Shown: one piece after another, positions 8,701-17,542 of the stretch
Layout of the letters: each line of letters begins with the position of its first letter
Position numbering within the stretch: position 1 is the first letter of the stretch
Assembly (NCBI GenBank): GCA_963582685.1
Contig: CAUZSM010000002.1
Span: forward strand, 1 to 33,589
Length of the DNA: 33,589 nucleotides
From: Candidatus Thalassarchaeaceae archaeon
GTDB lineage: Archaea; Thermoplasmatota; Poseidoniia; Poseidoniales; Thalassarchaeaceae
Direction: 5' to 3'
Position numbers and translations under genes: made by a program
The notes under the pieces: model-generated
The model's input: only the letters and a program-made list of their open reading frames with translations
Told to the model about the DNA's origin: nothing
The model's database searches: none

Positions 8701-9883
8701 CGTAAACCGCTAGCAGGGTCATCAGCAGACCGAGTGCATAGCCAGTGGTATCACGCTCAGATGCTAACAGCATCATCGAGCCAATCATCCCTAGACCGAC
8801 AGAAACTCCCCATAGTCCCGGCCGACCAAGGCCAACTGCGCCCAACCCCTGACTGAACCAATTCTCAGATTTGGAAAACCGAGCAGCCATCGCTCCATTC
8901 ACTGCGGCAATGGCCAGTGCGAGCAGGAAGAGCAACATCGGGTCGGCGAGCGGCAATATCGTCAGCGCGCCGATTTTAAGAGGAGATGATTGGATTGCAT
9001 GAAACCCAATCCAAAGATGGCTGGCAGCGATTCCAAGCGAAGCGAGATTACCACTTTTGCGATGAATAGCCAATCCATGCAACAAGAGAGTCGCAAGCAA
9101 AATCATCGCAGCGATGCCCGCCTCTCCTAGCAACAGCCCAGTGGCGCTGGCGATAGCGAGCAATACCAAAGTCGCCTGCGCGGCGATGGCATCGTGGTTG
9201 TGGCGATAGGCCACGCCAATATTGACTCCGACCAGCGATAGCAACACCACCCCGAGCACTGGAGTGCTAATCCATCCCCAATGGTGGACATCGAGTGCCA
9301 GCCCATACAGCAATTTCATCGAGATTATTACCCATGTTACCCCAAGCAGATGCATCGCCTTGTCAGGAACCCAACGCTCTCCAAGCAAGAAGCCTAGAGT
9401 TGCCAATATGACCAATCCTGAAGCTGCCAGCATAGGCGAGAGAGCTGTCGCCACTACGTATCCAATCAAACTGTAGACGAAGATCATCGCGACCATGATG
9501 CCCCAATGCAGTCGCTTCTCTCCCTCAACGGCAATTTCAGTCACCGTGTCTATCTCAGGTGGCGTCATCACGGTACCATCACGCAGAACATCGCCCGCCT
9601 TCGGACCACTACCCTCGTCAAACGGGTCGAATATCTCACCTACTGCCTCATCAATTTCGTGAAGGTGATTCGACAAAGGGAGGAGAAGGTCTTTTTCGGG
9701 CAATGCAGGAATAGTGGCGTCGGTGGGCGAAGAGCCTTCACGCACAGGTTTGGGCACCTTGGAGAGAGTTTCCTCATCTATGAAGCCGGAAAAGTCGATG
9801 CCGCCGCCCATCTGGAAGGTTTTGTCATCGATGACACGGTCTTTGCGAGAAGGGGACTGACCCTCCTCTTCATCCGACGCCAT
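5708..9883 (-). CDS. Giant (1391 aa) polytopic integral membrane protein, unknown family
   Basis: Uninterrupted 4.2-kb ORF. An acidic N-terminal region of about 130 aa is followed by two long blocks of consecutive hydrophobic helices. A soluble segment of about 160 aa rich in Q, R and A separates the blocks. All antisense ORFs in the track are short and low-complexity. Confidence 0.7.
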   Translation of the reverse strand: MASDEEEGQSPSRKDRVIDDKTFQMGGGIDFSGFIDEETLSKVPKPVREGSSPTDATIPALPEKDLLLPLSNHLHEIDEAVGEIFDPFDEGSGPKAGDVLRDGTVMTPPEIDTVTEIAVEGEKRLHWGIMVAMIFVYSLIGYVVATALSPMLAASGLVILATLGFLLGERWVPDKAMHLLGVTWVIISMKLLYGLALDVHHWGWISTPVLGVVLLSLVGVNIGVAYRHNHDAIAAQATLVLLAIASATGLLLGEAGIAAMILLATLLLHGLAIHRKSGNLASLGIAASHLWIGFHAIQSSPLKIGALTILPLADPMLLFLLALAIAAVNGAMAARFSKSENWFSQGLGAVGLGRPGLWGVSVGLGMIGSMMLLASERDTTGYALGLLMTLLAVYGGSYLVVRGVSAARVIKPLLASLPVLLIVLLGQELWTTSPIPLSGYELFTVLAAVLTAFVLLRDQESVTDRVLWLGTVVIIILLTILIPARSASDGGDEGVLLLSSLAALQIATAFLAIRRKSPSLAGVTILAPWAWMLIHRFWFTTMGAFSSARGIDVDSLQVIMLDETAIALFLIFSALLQYPINIRLGETGVNLAGRLIGATELSARLRDSGMMRLWNLGLLSGLIVWLANSVPGEANGWGVIAGLGALALVHVVAEVQGKHQGNPRTILILLAITFAILQWKGGLDAIWMLILTAASMAIILTREREDSGPILSLGMTLLGMQIALFALDRFTVNSLVEPEPLNRLQTGFVVLACTAAILAFYLPIASRLKDLLRPAVATLALLTITIWASWSDESHWSASGISLVLFVGSGLWLAAQGEIRHSLSQIGKRDERIAAIQRRQQMVAALSSGDFSELDPTVAGLLEMSTTAPSDSGEGAALSMTAAQRSAANRSQAALGTVEEGAALDQRIQGRVYHFADETLASLASADTTGETVRAISQAVSIGQVKMSDAQLYGLLDKQRKRRRRAGAHGGDEHLDLLVGDIHHKPLIVLSFIIVTALAATFAAFTLSAVAAGVLLITSIFALALTFVSRWRAKAVQLSLPDLFGIEMPFAVTMIALGFIYLAGHLGPLGSPWNQLDLIVLSSALIVLVGVSLTGRHDLAWRIPSALEAVVLVLLMTRLLGAVLYGAAPMPLSVDPLAASTAGGMSLSMVEWTIPWLYLEFLLLGLVLVWDWIEGARRKRGMPDHRGAAGRGAWALSVVLLSTGPAGLLAGALCLRRSFQWKQPAAAAIGVNVVLASLLAFTNWLEVANDDLLMRLATMGWIILAVAVSMVAAHILTIALSKPHWTTAWMWNAHLLLPFAVFILTGFSGWLILSILVLSLTTWVGGILQLRRGMRVFGAFDLGLSVLAWILVLQGSILDPQMLLLMLLSFGVVLGVVAWLGTRHQEQMGQD

Positions 9884-10013
9884 GACCCGGCTAGCCTTGC
9901 CTCGGCCGAATAAGGCTCGCCCTTCTTCCCCTCAAGATACCCATCACACGGCGCAATAATTGATACCGGTCCAAGCGAAACACACTATAACGGTCAGCGA
10001 AGGCGACGCAATT

Positions 10014-11630
10014 ATGGCACTTCCCCTCATTGGGTGCGCCAACATCCGTGGGACCATCGGATTGGATGCTCATGGCGTAGAGCCCAGCGGCGAGGTATAC
10101 TGGAATCTCGAATGGGAGGAATTGTATTCACACGCAATACGCAGAGAGGAAGGCATTCTTTCCTCTCACGGTGTGTTAGTTGCTGAGACCGGAACGCGCA
10201 CTGGTAGATCTCCAAATGACAAATTCATCGTCATGGAAGGTGATTCAGCCAAGAATGTCTGGTGGGGTCAGGTGAACATTCCGAAGTCGCGAGCGGTATT
10301 CATTGGACTTAGAGACAAGGTGCAAGCATATCTCAGCGAGCGTGATGAGTTGTTTGTTCAAGACCTGCACTGCGGCGCTGATTCAAACGAGAGAATCGCG
10401 ATTCGTCTTGTTACAGAGAATGCTTGGCATGCTTGCTTTGCCCGAAACATGTTCCTGCGCCCAAGCAGTGTTGAGGTGGAGGAACATGAGCCAGAGTTCA
10501 CCATTCTGCACGCTCCGAATTTTGAAGCAAATCCGAGTGTTGACAACGTGAATTCAGGTGCATTTGTGATGGTGTCATTTGACCAGAAACTGGTCATCAT
10601 CGGTGGTACTCGATATGCTGGAGAAATCAAGAAGTCGATTTTCTCGATAATGAACTACCTGTTGCCATTGCGCGGTCACCTGCCAATGCATTGTTCCTCG
10701 AACACTACCGGTGACAATACCGCTGTGTTCTTCGGACTCTCTGGCACCGGTAAGACAACACTGTCAGCCGACCCAAACAGGGCCTTGGTCGGTGATGATG
10801 AACACGGTTGGTCGCAGGATGGGGTGTTCAACTTTGAAGGAGGGTGCTACGCCAAACTGATTGACCTCTCTGAGGAGGATGAGCCGGCCATTTTCGCCAC
10901 TACTCGCATGCCCGGCTCTATTCTAGAAAATATTGTGCTGGATGAGGACGGAATACCAGATTTCCATGATGGCTCAAAAACCGCCAATACCCGAGGTTCC
11001 TATCCCATAGAGTACATCGAAAACAGAACAGAGAACTCGATGGCCGGACACCCCCAGAACGTAGTCTTCCTGACCTGTGATGCATTCGGGGTCCTACCTC
11101 CTATCAGCAGGCTTTCACCAGAACAGGCCGCCTACCACTTCATCTCTGGATATACGGCAAAGGTGGCGGGAACCGAGGTCGGTGTCGACGAGCCACAAGC
11201 AACATTCTCGGCTTGCTTCGGTGCGCCATTCATGCCAATGCACCCCAGCGTGTATGCCGACCTTCTCGCCAAGAAAATGGCAGAGCACAACGCCCGATGC
11301 TGGCTGTTGAATACCGGATGGGTGAGCGGTGGATACGGTAAATCAAAGAGAATCAAGATTCGATGGACACGCGCATTGCTTAACGCTGCACTGGATGGTA
11401 CTCTCAACGATGTCAGATTCGTTATTGACCCCCGCTTCGGGTTTGAAATCCCGCAGTCCTGTCCTGATGTCCCAGATGAAATCCTCAATCCAAAAGACAC
11501 CTGGGTAAGTGGTTCGCAATATGACAAAATCGCTGACACACTCGCGCTGATGTTTGAAGCAAATTTTGCGCAATTCGCTGAAGGTTGCAGTGAAGAGGTC
11601 TGCGGTGCCGGGCCATCCCCCCTCGCTTGA
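10014..11630 (+). CDS. pckA: Phosphoenolpyruvate carboxykinase (ATP)
   Basis: TGRSPNDKFIV, the kinase-1a motif GLSGTGKTTLS, GDDEHGW and the overall length are typical of ATP-dependent PEPCK. Start set at ATG 10014 (MALPLIG...). The listed ORF start at 9960 is the alternative. Confidence 0.9.
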   Translation: MALPLIGCANIRGTIGLDAHGVEPSGEVYWNLEWEELYSHAIRREEGILSSHGVLVAETGTRTGRSPNDKFIVMEGDSAKNVWWGQVNIPKSRAVFIGLRDKVQAYLSERDELFVQDLHCGADSNERIAIRLVTENAWHACFARNMFLRPSSVEVEEHEPEFTILHAPNFEANPSVDNVNSGAFVMVSFDQKLVIIGGTRYAGEIKKSIFSIMNYLLPLRGHLPMHCSSNTTGDNTAVFFGLSGTGKTTLSADPNRALVGDDEHGWSQDGVFNFEGGCYAKLIDLSEEDEPAIFATTRMPGSILENIVLDEDGIPDFHDGSKTANTRGSYPIEYIENRTENSMAGHPQNVVFLTCDAFGVLPPISRLSPEQAAYHFISGYTAKVAGTEVGVDEPQATFSACFGAPFMPMHPSVYADLLAKKMAEHNARCWLLNTGWVSGGYGKSKRIKIRWTRALLNAALDGTLNDVRFVIDPRFGFEIPQSCPDVPDEILNPKDTWVSGSQYDKIADTLALMFEANFAQFAEGCSEEVCGAGPSPLA

Positions 11631-11697
11631 CTAGAAAACCAACCGTTGCCGATTAGCCGCTCCACATGTGGCTGCAAAGCCTTAGAGCGAGAAGCCC

Positions 11698-12402
11698 GTG
11701 GCTTTGCCGATGGATTGCTCGGCTGCTGCCCTATTCCCCTCTCTTGGAGATGGCAATGAGTTACCAGTATTCCTAGCGGGCGAGCCCGCATGGACTCTCC
11801 TCGATAAGGGTGGAGAAAATGGGCTGGCTTCTCAATTGGAGTCGTTACTCGCTGACATTGGGGGCATGGTTCCCAGCGAACTGCCTGAAGGCGTGACAGT
11901 GGAGCAGTCTGCTGGGATTGTCCACATCGCAGAGGGTGCAAATATTGCTCCATGTGTGCGCATTGAGGGGCCTGCGTATGTAGGTCCAAATGCGGATATT
12001 CGTCATGGGGCCTTCCTCCGAAGTCATTCATGGATTTGCTCTGACGCGGTGGTAGGACATGCAACCGAAGTGAAGCACAGTGTGCTGTTGCCTAAAGCAA
12101 AAGCCCCCCACTTCAATTACGTTGGAGACTCAATCCTTGGCAGCGGAGTGAACCTCGGAGCCGGGTGCAAATTGTCTAATCTGCGTAATGACGGCAGGAA
12201 TGTATTGGTCAGGGGTGCTGGCCCGAGTGGCAGTGATGTCGACAGTGGTTTGCGCAAGTTTGGAGCGATTCTCGGCGAAGACGTGCAGATTGGATGCAAT
12301 GCGGTGTGCAATCCTGGTGTCGTACTCGGCAGAGGGACCAATGTTTGGCCAAACGTAACGGTGAGTGGAGCGCACCCAGCGAGTAGTATTCTCCATGAAT
12401 AG
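11698..12402 (+). CDS. Hexapeptide-repeat (left-handed beta-helix) acyltransferase, similar to the GlmU C-terminal domain
   Basis: Repeated [LIV]-G-x4 hexapeptide pattern (VGPNADIRHGAFL, VGHATEVKHSVL, VGDSILGSGVNLGAGC, IGCNAVCNPGVVLG). It is directly upstream of a GlmM-like mutase. GTG start. Confidence 0.65.
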   Translation: MALPMDCSAAALFPSLGDGNELPVFLAGEPAWTLLDKGGENGLASQLESLLADIGGMVPSELPEGVTVEQSAGIVHIAEGANIAPCVRIEGPAYVGPNADIRHGAFLRSHSWICSDAVVGHATEVKHSVLLPKAKAPHFNYVGDSILGSGVNLGAGCKLSNLRNDGRNVLVRGAGPSGSDVDSGLRKFGAILGEDVQIGCNAVCNPGVVLGRGTNVWPNVTVSGAHPASSILHE

Positions 12403-12413
12403 GAGGTGTCGGA

Positions 12414-14099
12414 ATCACCAGACCGAAATTACACGGCACCGACGGCATCAGGGGCTGTGTAGTCGATTCTCCTCAAAACGACGAAACTTCAATTGAAAAA
12501 TTGATTTCGCAACGAGAACTTTCACCGCGCGCCATGCGGTTAATTGGCGAAGGTACCGGGTTGCATCTCTGCGCGGAATCTCCAGCCACAGTGGTGATTG
12601 GGTGGGATAGACGACCTCGCAATGGAGAATTGGTCGATTCCCTTGAAGCGGGGTTATGCGCTGCTGGCTGCTCTGTAGCAAGGGTCGGAGAGGTCCCAAC
12701 ACCAGGCCTTGTCCATGCTATGATGGATGCAGGTGCAGATGCAGGAATGATGGTCACAGCCAGTCACAACCCCTCCTCTGATTCCGGTGTCAAGCTCTTC
12801 GATACTGATGGTTACAAGTCCATGCCAGAGGATGAGCAGCATATCTCCGACCTAATATGGCAACTCGCCGATGGCTCGATTGCGTGCCCGCAAAATGATG
12901 GATCAATACTAGATCCAATCGATGGATTGAGGATCTATCGGAAGGGTTTGAGGCGCCGGCTGGGAGTTATTGCAAATAGCCTGGAACTTCACTTTAATGA
13001 TGCAGATTGGAGCGGCATCATACCCGCTGGCGGCCTCATCGTTGACGGTTCAGGAGGAATTGCAGCAGAATTTCTGGCCGCTGGCCTATCTCGCAGAGGA
13101 TTACCCTCCCGTGAAGTGAGCGATAGAAAATCGCCGATAAACCAGAACTGTGGGGCTGGTGGCCTATCACCTACCGACTCATGGAGCTACGAGACTCTAC
13201 TCGAATCAACTCCACCACACGCACTGCTAGAGGCATTGGCTGAGGCATTGGCGCAGAATGATGGAATGCCACCATGGCGACATGGGGACATCGTCGGAGC
13301 AGCGCTCGATGGCGATGGTGATCGCTGTCTGTTGATTGAAGCAAGAGAAGGCGGTCTCGCAGTATTGGATGGAGACCATATCTGCGATGAATTACTACGC
13401 GCAGCACAAACCACCTCATCTGGGAAATGGCGAATGGCAGCTAGTATCGAAAGCGACTTGGGATTAATTGCGGGGCTTGAGAGAATGCCAACTGAAATCG
13501 ACGCCAGTACCACTGCTGTCGGTGACCGATGGCTGGCTCATGCCCTCGCCCCACCGAACTCACTGGGTAGGTTACACTACGGAGAGCAATGGCCTCAGGT
13601 AGTTGGGTGTGAAGATTCAGGTCATCTGGTTTTGACAGCGCCCTGTCCTCACCGCGAAAACCAGTGGTACATGGTTGGTGACGGCGCTGCAACATTGCTG
13701 GTCGCATTGTGTTCACGACTTGTTCTCCGTGACCGGGCGTGTCCTGTTGAATTCAACAATGGATGGAAAAGCAGAGTCAGCATCAGCCCAAGTGTAAGAG
13801 AACGTTGGGACGGCAAGAATGCGCTGGCTGAATCAGTTCACTCAGCGGCCGTCAAGTGGCTGGGGGGGAATTACACCACAATCGATTTTGAGAGGGTCGA
13901 GGTGCCTGGGGAACCGGCTCTACTGCTGATTATGGGTGAAGCAGATGGTACACCAATCTCTGTTGCAGTACGTAATTCAGGGACTGAAGCAAAGACCTCG
14001 ATATCAGTGCGGGCTGCGCAAAGTCATGCAGACGAACTGATAGAGTTGGTTGCCCTGCTTACCGACCTACTCACCGCTGAACTAAGCCGTGAAATCTAA
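12414..14099 (+). CDS. Alpha-D-phosphohexomutase family protein (phosphoglucosamine mutase-like)
   Basis: Active-site TASHNPSSDSGVKLF and Mg-binding DGDGDR motifs. The listed ORF starts at TTG 12501, but the same frame is open from 12399 and encodes KLHGTDGIRG, the conserved family N-terminus. I place the start at ATC 12414, 5 nt after a GGAGGTG SD. The family call is firm; the start codon is uncertain. Confidence 0.75.
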   Translation: MTRPKLHGTDGIRGCVVDSPQNDETSIEKLISQRELSPRAMRLIGEGTGLHLCAESPATVVIGWDRRPRNGELVDSLEAGLCAAGCSVARVGEVPTPGLVHAMMDAGADAGMMVTASHNPSSDSGVKLFDTDGYKSMPEDEQHISDLIWQLADGSIACPQNDGSILDPIDGLRIYRKGLRRRLGVIANSLELHFNDADWSGIIPAGGLIVDGSGGIAAEFLAAGLSRRGLPSREVSDRKSPINQNCGAGGLSPTDSWSYETLLESTPPHALLEALAEALAQNDGMPPWRHGDIVGAALDGDGDRCLLIEAREGGLAVLDGDHICDELLRAAQTTSSGKWRMAASIESDLGLIAGLERMPTEIDASTTAVGDRWLAHALAPPNSLGRLHYGEQWPQVVGCEDSGHLVLTAPCPHRENQWYMVGDGAATLLVALCSRLVLRDRACPVEFNNGWKSRVSISPSVRERWDGKNALAESVHSAAVKWLGGNYTTIDFERVEVPGEPALLLIMGEADGTPISVAVRNSGTEAKTSISVRAAQSHADELIELVALLTDLLTAELSREI

Positions 14100-14103
14100 G
14101 GCT

Positions 14104-14586
14104 TCAACGGATGAAGCGTGGTAGATGTCGTGCTACTGTGGCATTAGAGACAACGCCAATGAGCGCACCTTCTTCATCGACGACGGCCAGTTGATTGAGG
14201 TCATGGGTCAACAGGAGAACTGCTGCCTTGAGCAGGGGGGTATTGGTTTGCACCTGAAGAGGTGGATGGTTGATACACTGGTAAGCTGGAATTGCCTCTG
14301 ACCACGCGAGGTCTCGATTGACTCGCTTGCGGTCAAACAACTTCAGCAGGTCAACTGCGTGGACTCGCCCTATTGGAAGACAGTCGTCATCGATGAGGAA
14401 AACGTGGTCCCAATCACGAGTGGTCATGGTGTGAATCAAATGCGAGACTGAAACCTCGTAACCAATCATGTTGGGCTTCTCAAAAACTTCTCCACAAGTA
14501 AGTCGGCGGGCGGCCTCACGAGCGCTGCCGCCCTTCTTGCTTGAATGCATACCTCTCGGCCGCGAACCTCTCGATAGGACTCCCAT
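14104..14586 (-). CDS. CBS-domain pair protein
   Basis: Two CBS-like units (HVFLIDDDCLPIGRVHAVDLLKLF and LAVVDEEGALIGVVSNATVARHL). Start uncertain; an internal ATG at 14469 is possible. Confidence 0.65.
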   Translation of the reverse strand: MGVLSRGSRPRGMHSSKKGGSAREAARRLTCGEVFEKPNMIGYEVSVSHLIHTMTTRDWDHVFLIDDDCLPIGRVHAVDLLKLFDRKRVNRDLAWSEAIPAYQCINHPPLQVQTNTPLLKAAVLLLTHDLNQLAVVDEEGALIGVVSNATVARHLPRFIR

Positions 14587-14619
14587 GCAGTCACCTCTGG
14601 AAAAAGCCCCCCTTCACCA

Positions 14620-14631
14620 CCCCTATTTGAA
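14620..14631 (-). promoter_or_regulatory. TTCAAATAGGGG motif (minus strand), candidate TATA-type promoter element of the CBS gene
   Basis: Identical 12-mer to 902-913. It lies 33 nt upstream of the CBS ATG, and GAGGTGA lies between it and the start. Confidence 0.35.
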
Positions 14632-14724
14632 TCATTCACTTACCGGATTGGGGAAAAGAAACCCTCTGTGGTATTGGAATGGTGCCGGAAATAGGAAACG
14701 TATCCTCAGGAACGGGTAGGAACA

Positions 14725-15165
14725 ATGCTCAAGACCACTGCGCGCTGGAGGATAGTTGGTAATATGCTCCCGACTTCAGTATTCCAACAACTCGACGGTA
14801 TGGATGATTACGACCGTTTGCTCGCTTACGACCGCATCGGACGAGAAAACCGGCTTTCTGCGGAAGAGGTTCAGGCTCAATTTGAGGCATACAAGCGTGG
14901 AGAGGTGGGGCATTCCTCGCTATCAACTGAGGACATCAAAGCAGCTAGCGGCGGCGTTGAAATAACTTCAGAAACACAATATCTGCAAGATGCGGAGCGC
15001 TATCGGGCTCAGTATGACCCAAGTCACGAAGGTCAGGCAAGGCAAGCTGACGTCAGTCAGGCAATTATCTGCCCACATTGCTCATCTGCACTAGGCATTC
15101 CATCTACCCGTCCAATCAAGGTCACTTGCCCGAATTGCATGATGGAAGCCGTTTTTACCTCCTAA
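14725..15165 (+). CDS. Hypothetical protein with a C-terminal zinc ribbon
   Basis: 146-aa ORF with CPHC...(17 aa)...CPNC at the C-terminus. No family recognised. Start uncertain. Confidence 0.45.
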   Translation: MLKTTARWRIVGNMLPTSVFQQLDGMDDYDRLLAYDRIGRENRLSAEEVQAQFEAYKRGEVGHSSLSTEDIKAASGGVEITSETQYLQDAERYRAQYDPSHEGQARQADVSQAIICPHCSSALGIPSTRPIKVTCPNCMMEAVFTS

Positions 15166-15199
15166 TACGTTCGATACATACAATGTTTGAAAATGAACA

Positions 15200-15220
15200 C
15201 GCACCCCCCGTAGGGGTGCG
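15200..15220 (+). terminator. GC-rich hairpin CGCACCCC-CCGTA-GGGGTGCG downstream of the zinc-ribbon gene
   Basis: 8-bp perfect stem read directly, 35 nt after the stop at 15165. No adjacent T-run, so terminator function is not established. Confidence 0.3.
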
Positions 15221-15248
15221 AGAGCGGTCGCGAGGGGGCTAATTCACG

Positions 15249-16355
15249 GTGCGTACACTAGTTATTACGGTCGACCGAGACAACGACCTTGGTGTAAAGG
15301 CTGGAATCAGAGGATCGGTAGTTGGGCGGCGTCAAGTGCTTACTGCAGCGCTGCGGCTCGGCATCGCTGACCCCGAGGAAAGTGATACCAATGCTATCCT
15401 CGGCGCTTTGAATCAACACGACCTATGCATTGAACAGGCCGAGCCAAACGATGCTGTGGAAATCGCGATTCTGACTGGCGACGAAAAAGTCGGAGTCAAG
15501 TCCGACCGAGCAATCGCTCAACAACTTGAGGACGTCATCAGCGAATTTCAACCAGATAGAGGGATTCTAGTCACCGACGGGGCAGAGGATGAAGCAATCC
15601 TACCAATATTGACCAGCAGGCTTACCATCGACCATGTAGAGAAGATCATCGTCCGCCAGAGCAAGGGAATAGAGGGTACCTACTACTACATCGTCAAGGC
15701 GATTGAAGACCCTCGTTGGCGGGCTAGATTACTCGTACCACTTTCGATTTTCATGATTATTCTCGGAGCCGGGATGATTCTACCAAATGGTGGCATACTC
15801 ATCGGAGCAATGCCGTTGCTGCTCGGCATCTACCTCATGTTCCGTGGCCTAGGAGCAGAGAAACGCCTTGAGCACCTAATGCGAGAGATGCGAGAATCCG
15901 CCGATGCTGCCATCTTATCCTCACTGCTCTGGTCAATATGTGGTGTAGCCATCTTATTGGCTGTAGTCGAAGGGTATGACACCTACAGCGACGAATATGG
16001 CAATGGTGGAGCCATGCTGGTAGGTCTGAAAGTTCTCAGGGGTGCATTCACCTGGATAGTCGTAGGTGCTTTGGCCATCGCTCTTTCACTGATTGTATTG
16101 AGATGGAAGAAGGGAAAATTCTCCGGTCGCTCAATTATTGTGATTTCCTTTGGAGCGGTGATTTGGACTATGTCTACCACGGCATTAGATGTCAGTATCA
16201 GAATCGTCTCTGGAGCTGGATACGAATACGATGTTCCAACTATCATGGGTGATTGGGGCTCAACATTAATCGCCATCGTCATTTTCTGGGCAGTGAGAAC
16301 CGTAGTAAGGACTTGGAATACCAAACAGGATACCGGGCGTTACTGGGGAGTCTGA
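15249..16355 (+). CDS. DUF373-family archaeal membrane protein
   Basis: The N-terminal soluble domain (LVITVDRDNDLGVKAGIRGSVVGRRQVLTAALRLGIADPEESDTNAILGAL) resembles DUF373. It is followed by several TM helices. GTG start. Confidence 0.7.
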   Translation: MRTLVITVDRDNDLGVKAGIRGSVVGRRQVLTAALRLGIADPEESDTNAILGALNQHDLCIEQAEPNDAVEIAILTGDEKVGVKSDRAIAQQLEDVISEFQPDRGILVTDGAEDEAILPILTSRLTIDHVEKIIVRQSKGIEGTYYYIVKAIEDPRWRARLLVPLSIFMIILGAGMILPNGGILIGAMPLLLGIYLMFRGLGAEKRLEHLMREMRESADAAILSSLLWSICGVAILLAVVEGYDTYSDEYGNGGAMLVGLKVLRGAFTWIVVGALAIALSLIVLRWKKGKFSGRSIIVISFGAVIWTMSTTALDVSIRIVSGAGYEYDVPTIMGDWGSTLIAIVIFWAVRTVVRTWNTKQDTGRYWGV

Positions 16356-17485
16356 TTCTCATCGGGTTTCGCCTCGGCGGCTTCATCCCGATGCCGGTTA
16401 CGTTGCTTGATTCGGAGATACTTCAGCGGATGATTCAGCCATTCTTGCGCACATAGGGTATCACCAATATCGCCTCTTGATACTGGGCAGCAGTCATTGA
16501 TTTGCAACTTACCGCACCCATGTGGAGTATACTCATGCTCGAAAACGTGTGCTACCTGATACCGGGTAGTTTCCTCACTGAAATCAGGTGCATTGACAAA
16601 AAATGCTGCTGTCTGTTCTTGACTGATTCCCATCACGCGTGAAATGCTGGCAAGGAAGACACGCCCCACGTGATTGACGTTGACAGATTGATTGAGTTGC
16701 GTGGTGATTTCGGTAAGGCATGGTGGCCAATCAGATTCGTTGGTGGCAGTGAAGGACACCTCTGTAATCGCCTGATGCTGGAGCAGCCCGACCACCCGGC
16801 CTACCTCTTCAGCAAGATTGGCTGCGAAATCCTCATCCATTACTTCCATTCTCTCTCGGCATGCAGAGATCAACTCGCTGCGGATTCTTTCCTTGATTAG
16901 CCGAGCAAGACGTTGTTGGCTGCTCTCGTTGACATCAGGAGACATCTCAACCCAACCACCGCGCAGTGGTCTGTTTGGCAAACGCCAATATCGGCCGGTT
17001 ATCTTCGGGCACAACTCGATGAAGTCAATCATTGGGATCCACCAATTATCGCCTTCTTGACGGGAGTCTGATAGGTAGGTCTGTGACAAAATTCCGAAAT
17101 TCCCGGATGACTCGATGGTGCCAAACAGGTTGTCGGCTCTGCTCGACTCTCCCTCCGCCCATCGCGCGAGTAGGCGTTCATCATAGGATGCGCAGACAAT
17201 CAACATGGCATATAGGTAGGATAGTGATTCAACCATCTGGCCATGAGCAGTGTGAATATCGATGGTAGTAGCTGCATCGACATTCTTGTGGATTATCGAT
17301 TCAATGAGGCGTACTCTACCCCGCTCTCGAACCTCCTCAAGCCATTCTGCTTCAACGAGGCCAACGATATCGAGGGCGTTGTCCTGCATGTGTCCACGGA
17401 TGGCCGACCTCGCCTGCGGAAGGAAGGGATAGCGTGCCAGCAATACAGCATCGGCGAGTTCGGGGGGAGTCAGCGGCAGCGGCAT
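16340..17485 (-). CDS. priL: DNA primase large subunit PriL
   Basis: N-terminal LLARYPFL, WPPCL, and the C-terminal Fe-S region YTPHGCGKLQINDCCPV...LCAQEWLNHPLKY. Start moved to ATG 17485 (MPLPLTPPEL); the ORF extends to 17533. Its 3' end overlaps DUF373 by 16 nt (convergent). Confidence 0.8.
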   Translation of the reverse strand: MPLPLTPPELADAVLLARYPFLPQARSAIRGHMQDNALDIVGLVEAEWLEEVRERGRVRLIESIIHKNVDAATTIDIHTAHGQMVESLSYLYAMLIVCASYDERLLARWAEGESSRADNLFGTIESSGNFGILSQTYLSDSRQEGDNWWIPMIDFIELCPKITGRYWRLPNRPLRGGWVEMSPDVNESSQQRLARLIKERIRSELISACRERMEVMDEDFAANLAEEVGRVVGLLQHQAITEVSFTATNESDWPPCLTEITTQLNQSVNVNHVGRVFLASISRVMGISQEQTAAFFVNAPDFSEETTRYQVAHVFEHEYTPHGCGKLQINDCCPVSRGDIGDTLCAQEWLNHPLKYLRIKQRNRHRDEAAEAKPDENQTPQ

Positions 17486-17542
17486 GGGGAAGATACCATT
17501 CAAACGAGGGTTCTTCAAGGCTATCCGACCCAACGGCTGAAC

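Noticed and set aside
5787-9913. Numerous 60-135-aa plus-strand ORFs antisense to the giant membrane gene (e.g. 6051-6413, 7911-8282, 9506-9913)
   Set aside because: They are R/S/A/P-rich mirror products of a GC-rich hydrophobic-protein gene. None has start-site context or recognisable motifs.
16340-16355. 16-nt convergent overlap of the DUF373 and priL 3' ends, and the 6-nt gap between the convergent genes at 4706/4713
   Set aside because: This is ordinary gene packing in a compact archaeal genome, and I saw no additional structure at these junctions.
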